From Lama glama (Eukaryota): 64,000 nt of DNA. Position 1 is the stretch's first letter, and each line of letters starts with the position of its first letter. A model generated the notes under the pieces. The model was not told the origin of the DNA, did no database searches, and was given only the letters and a program-made list of their open reading frames with translations. Below are positions 63,801 to 64,000 of this stretch, piece after piece. Location: assembly GCA_028534125.1 (NCBI GenBank), contig CM052816.1:45758001-45822000 (forward strand), given 5' to 3'. The translations under genes were made by a program, and so were the position numbers.

Positions 63801-64000
63801 GAAAGGAGACGACATTCTCTTATTGCAAGACACTTACTCCTCTTTCTGAGCAGCAACTTTCTCTGAGATATTAACTCATCTTGTTTGGCTTAAACTCTGC
63901 GGTTCTTCATGCCCTCTAGCTTTGAAATCTTGTCTCCCAGAGCTCAAAACATAAGAGTACAATGTGTGACTCAAACTCAGTAAGTAAATCAATCCTAGAA

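Noticed and set aside
63529..63849. 106-aa ATG-initiated ORF
   Set aside because: Overlaps an L2 3' end and has no recognisable homology
1..64000. CRISPR array, operon, prophage or CpG-island promoter
   Set aside because: Mammalian repeat-rich DNA with no regularly spaced repeat-spacer array, no gene-dense segment and no CpG island

Overview
AT-rich, CpG-poor mammalian non-coding DNA with one 500-N assembly gap (18517-19016). I can support no cellular protein-coding gene: the only ORFs with recognisable homology are decayed LINE-1 ORF2 pieces. Three tRNA-derived Vic-1-type SINEs point to a camelid (camel/alpaca/llama) genome. The window is a layered set of ancient repeats (L2, MIR, L3/CR1, old L1M, MaLR/ERVL LTRs, a MER53-like hAT element) plus younger L1 and SINE insertions, several with clear target-site duplications (TSDs). 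The best landmark is a near-perfect hairpin at ~51940-52039 that I recognise from memory as the MIR3660 orthologue. If correct, the window is syntenic with the human 5q14.3 gene desert between MEF2C and CETN3. The most interesting unexplained signals are two candidate enhancer-like motif clusters (~12.3-12.8 kb and ~50.7-51.3 kb), dispersed non-TE direct repeats, a perfect 15-bp palindrome, atypical L1 insertion structures and an inverted MLT1 pair. I found no convincing evidence of a wholly new biological system. Repeat family names and boundaries are by-eye and approximate.
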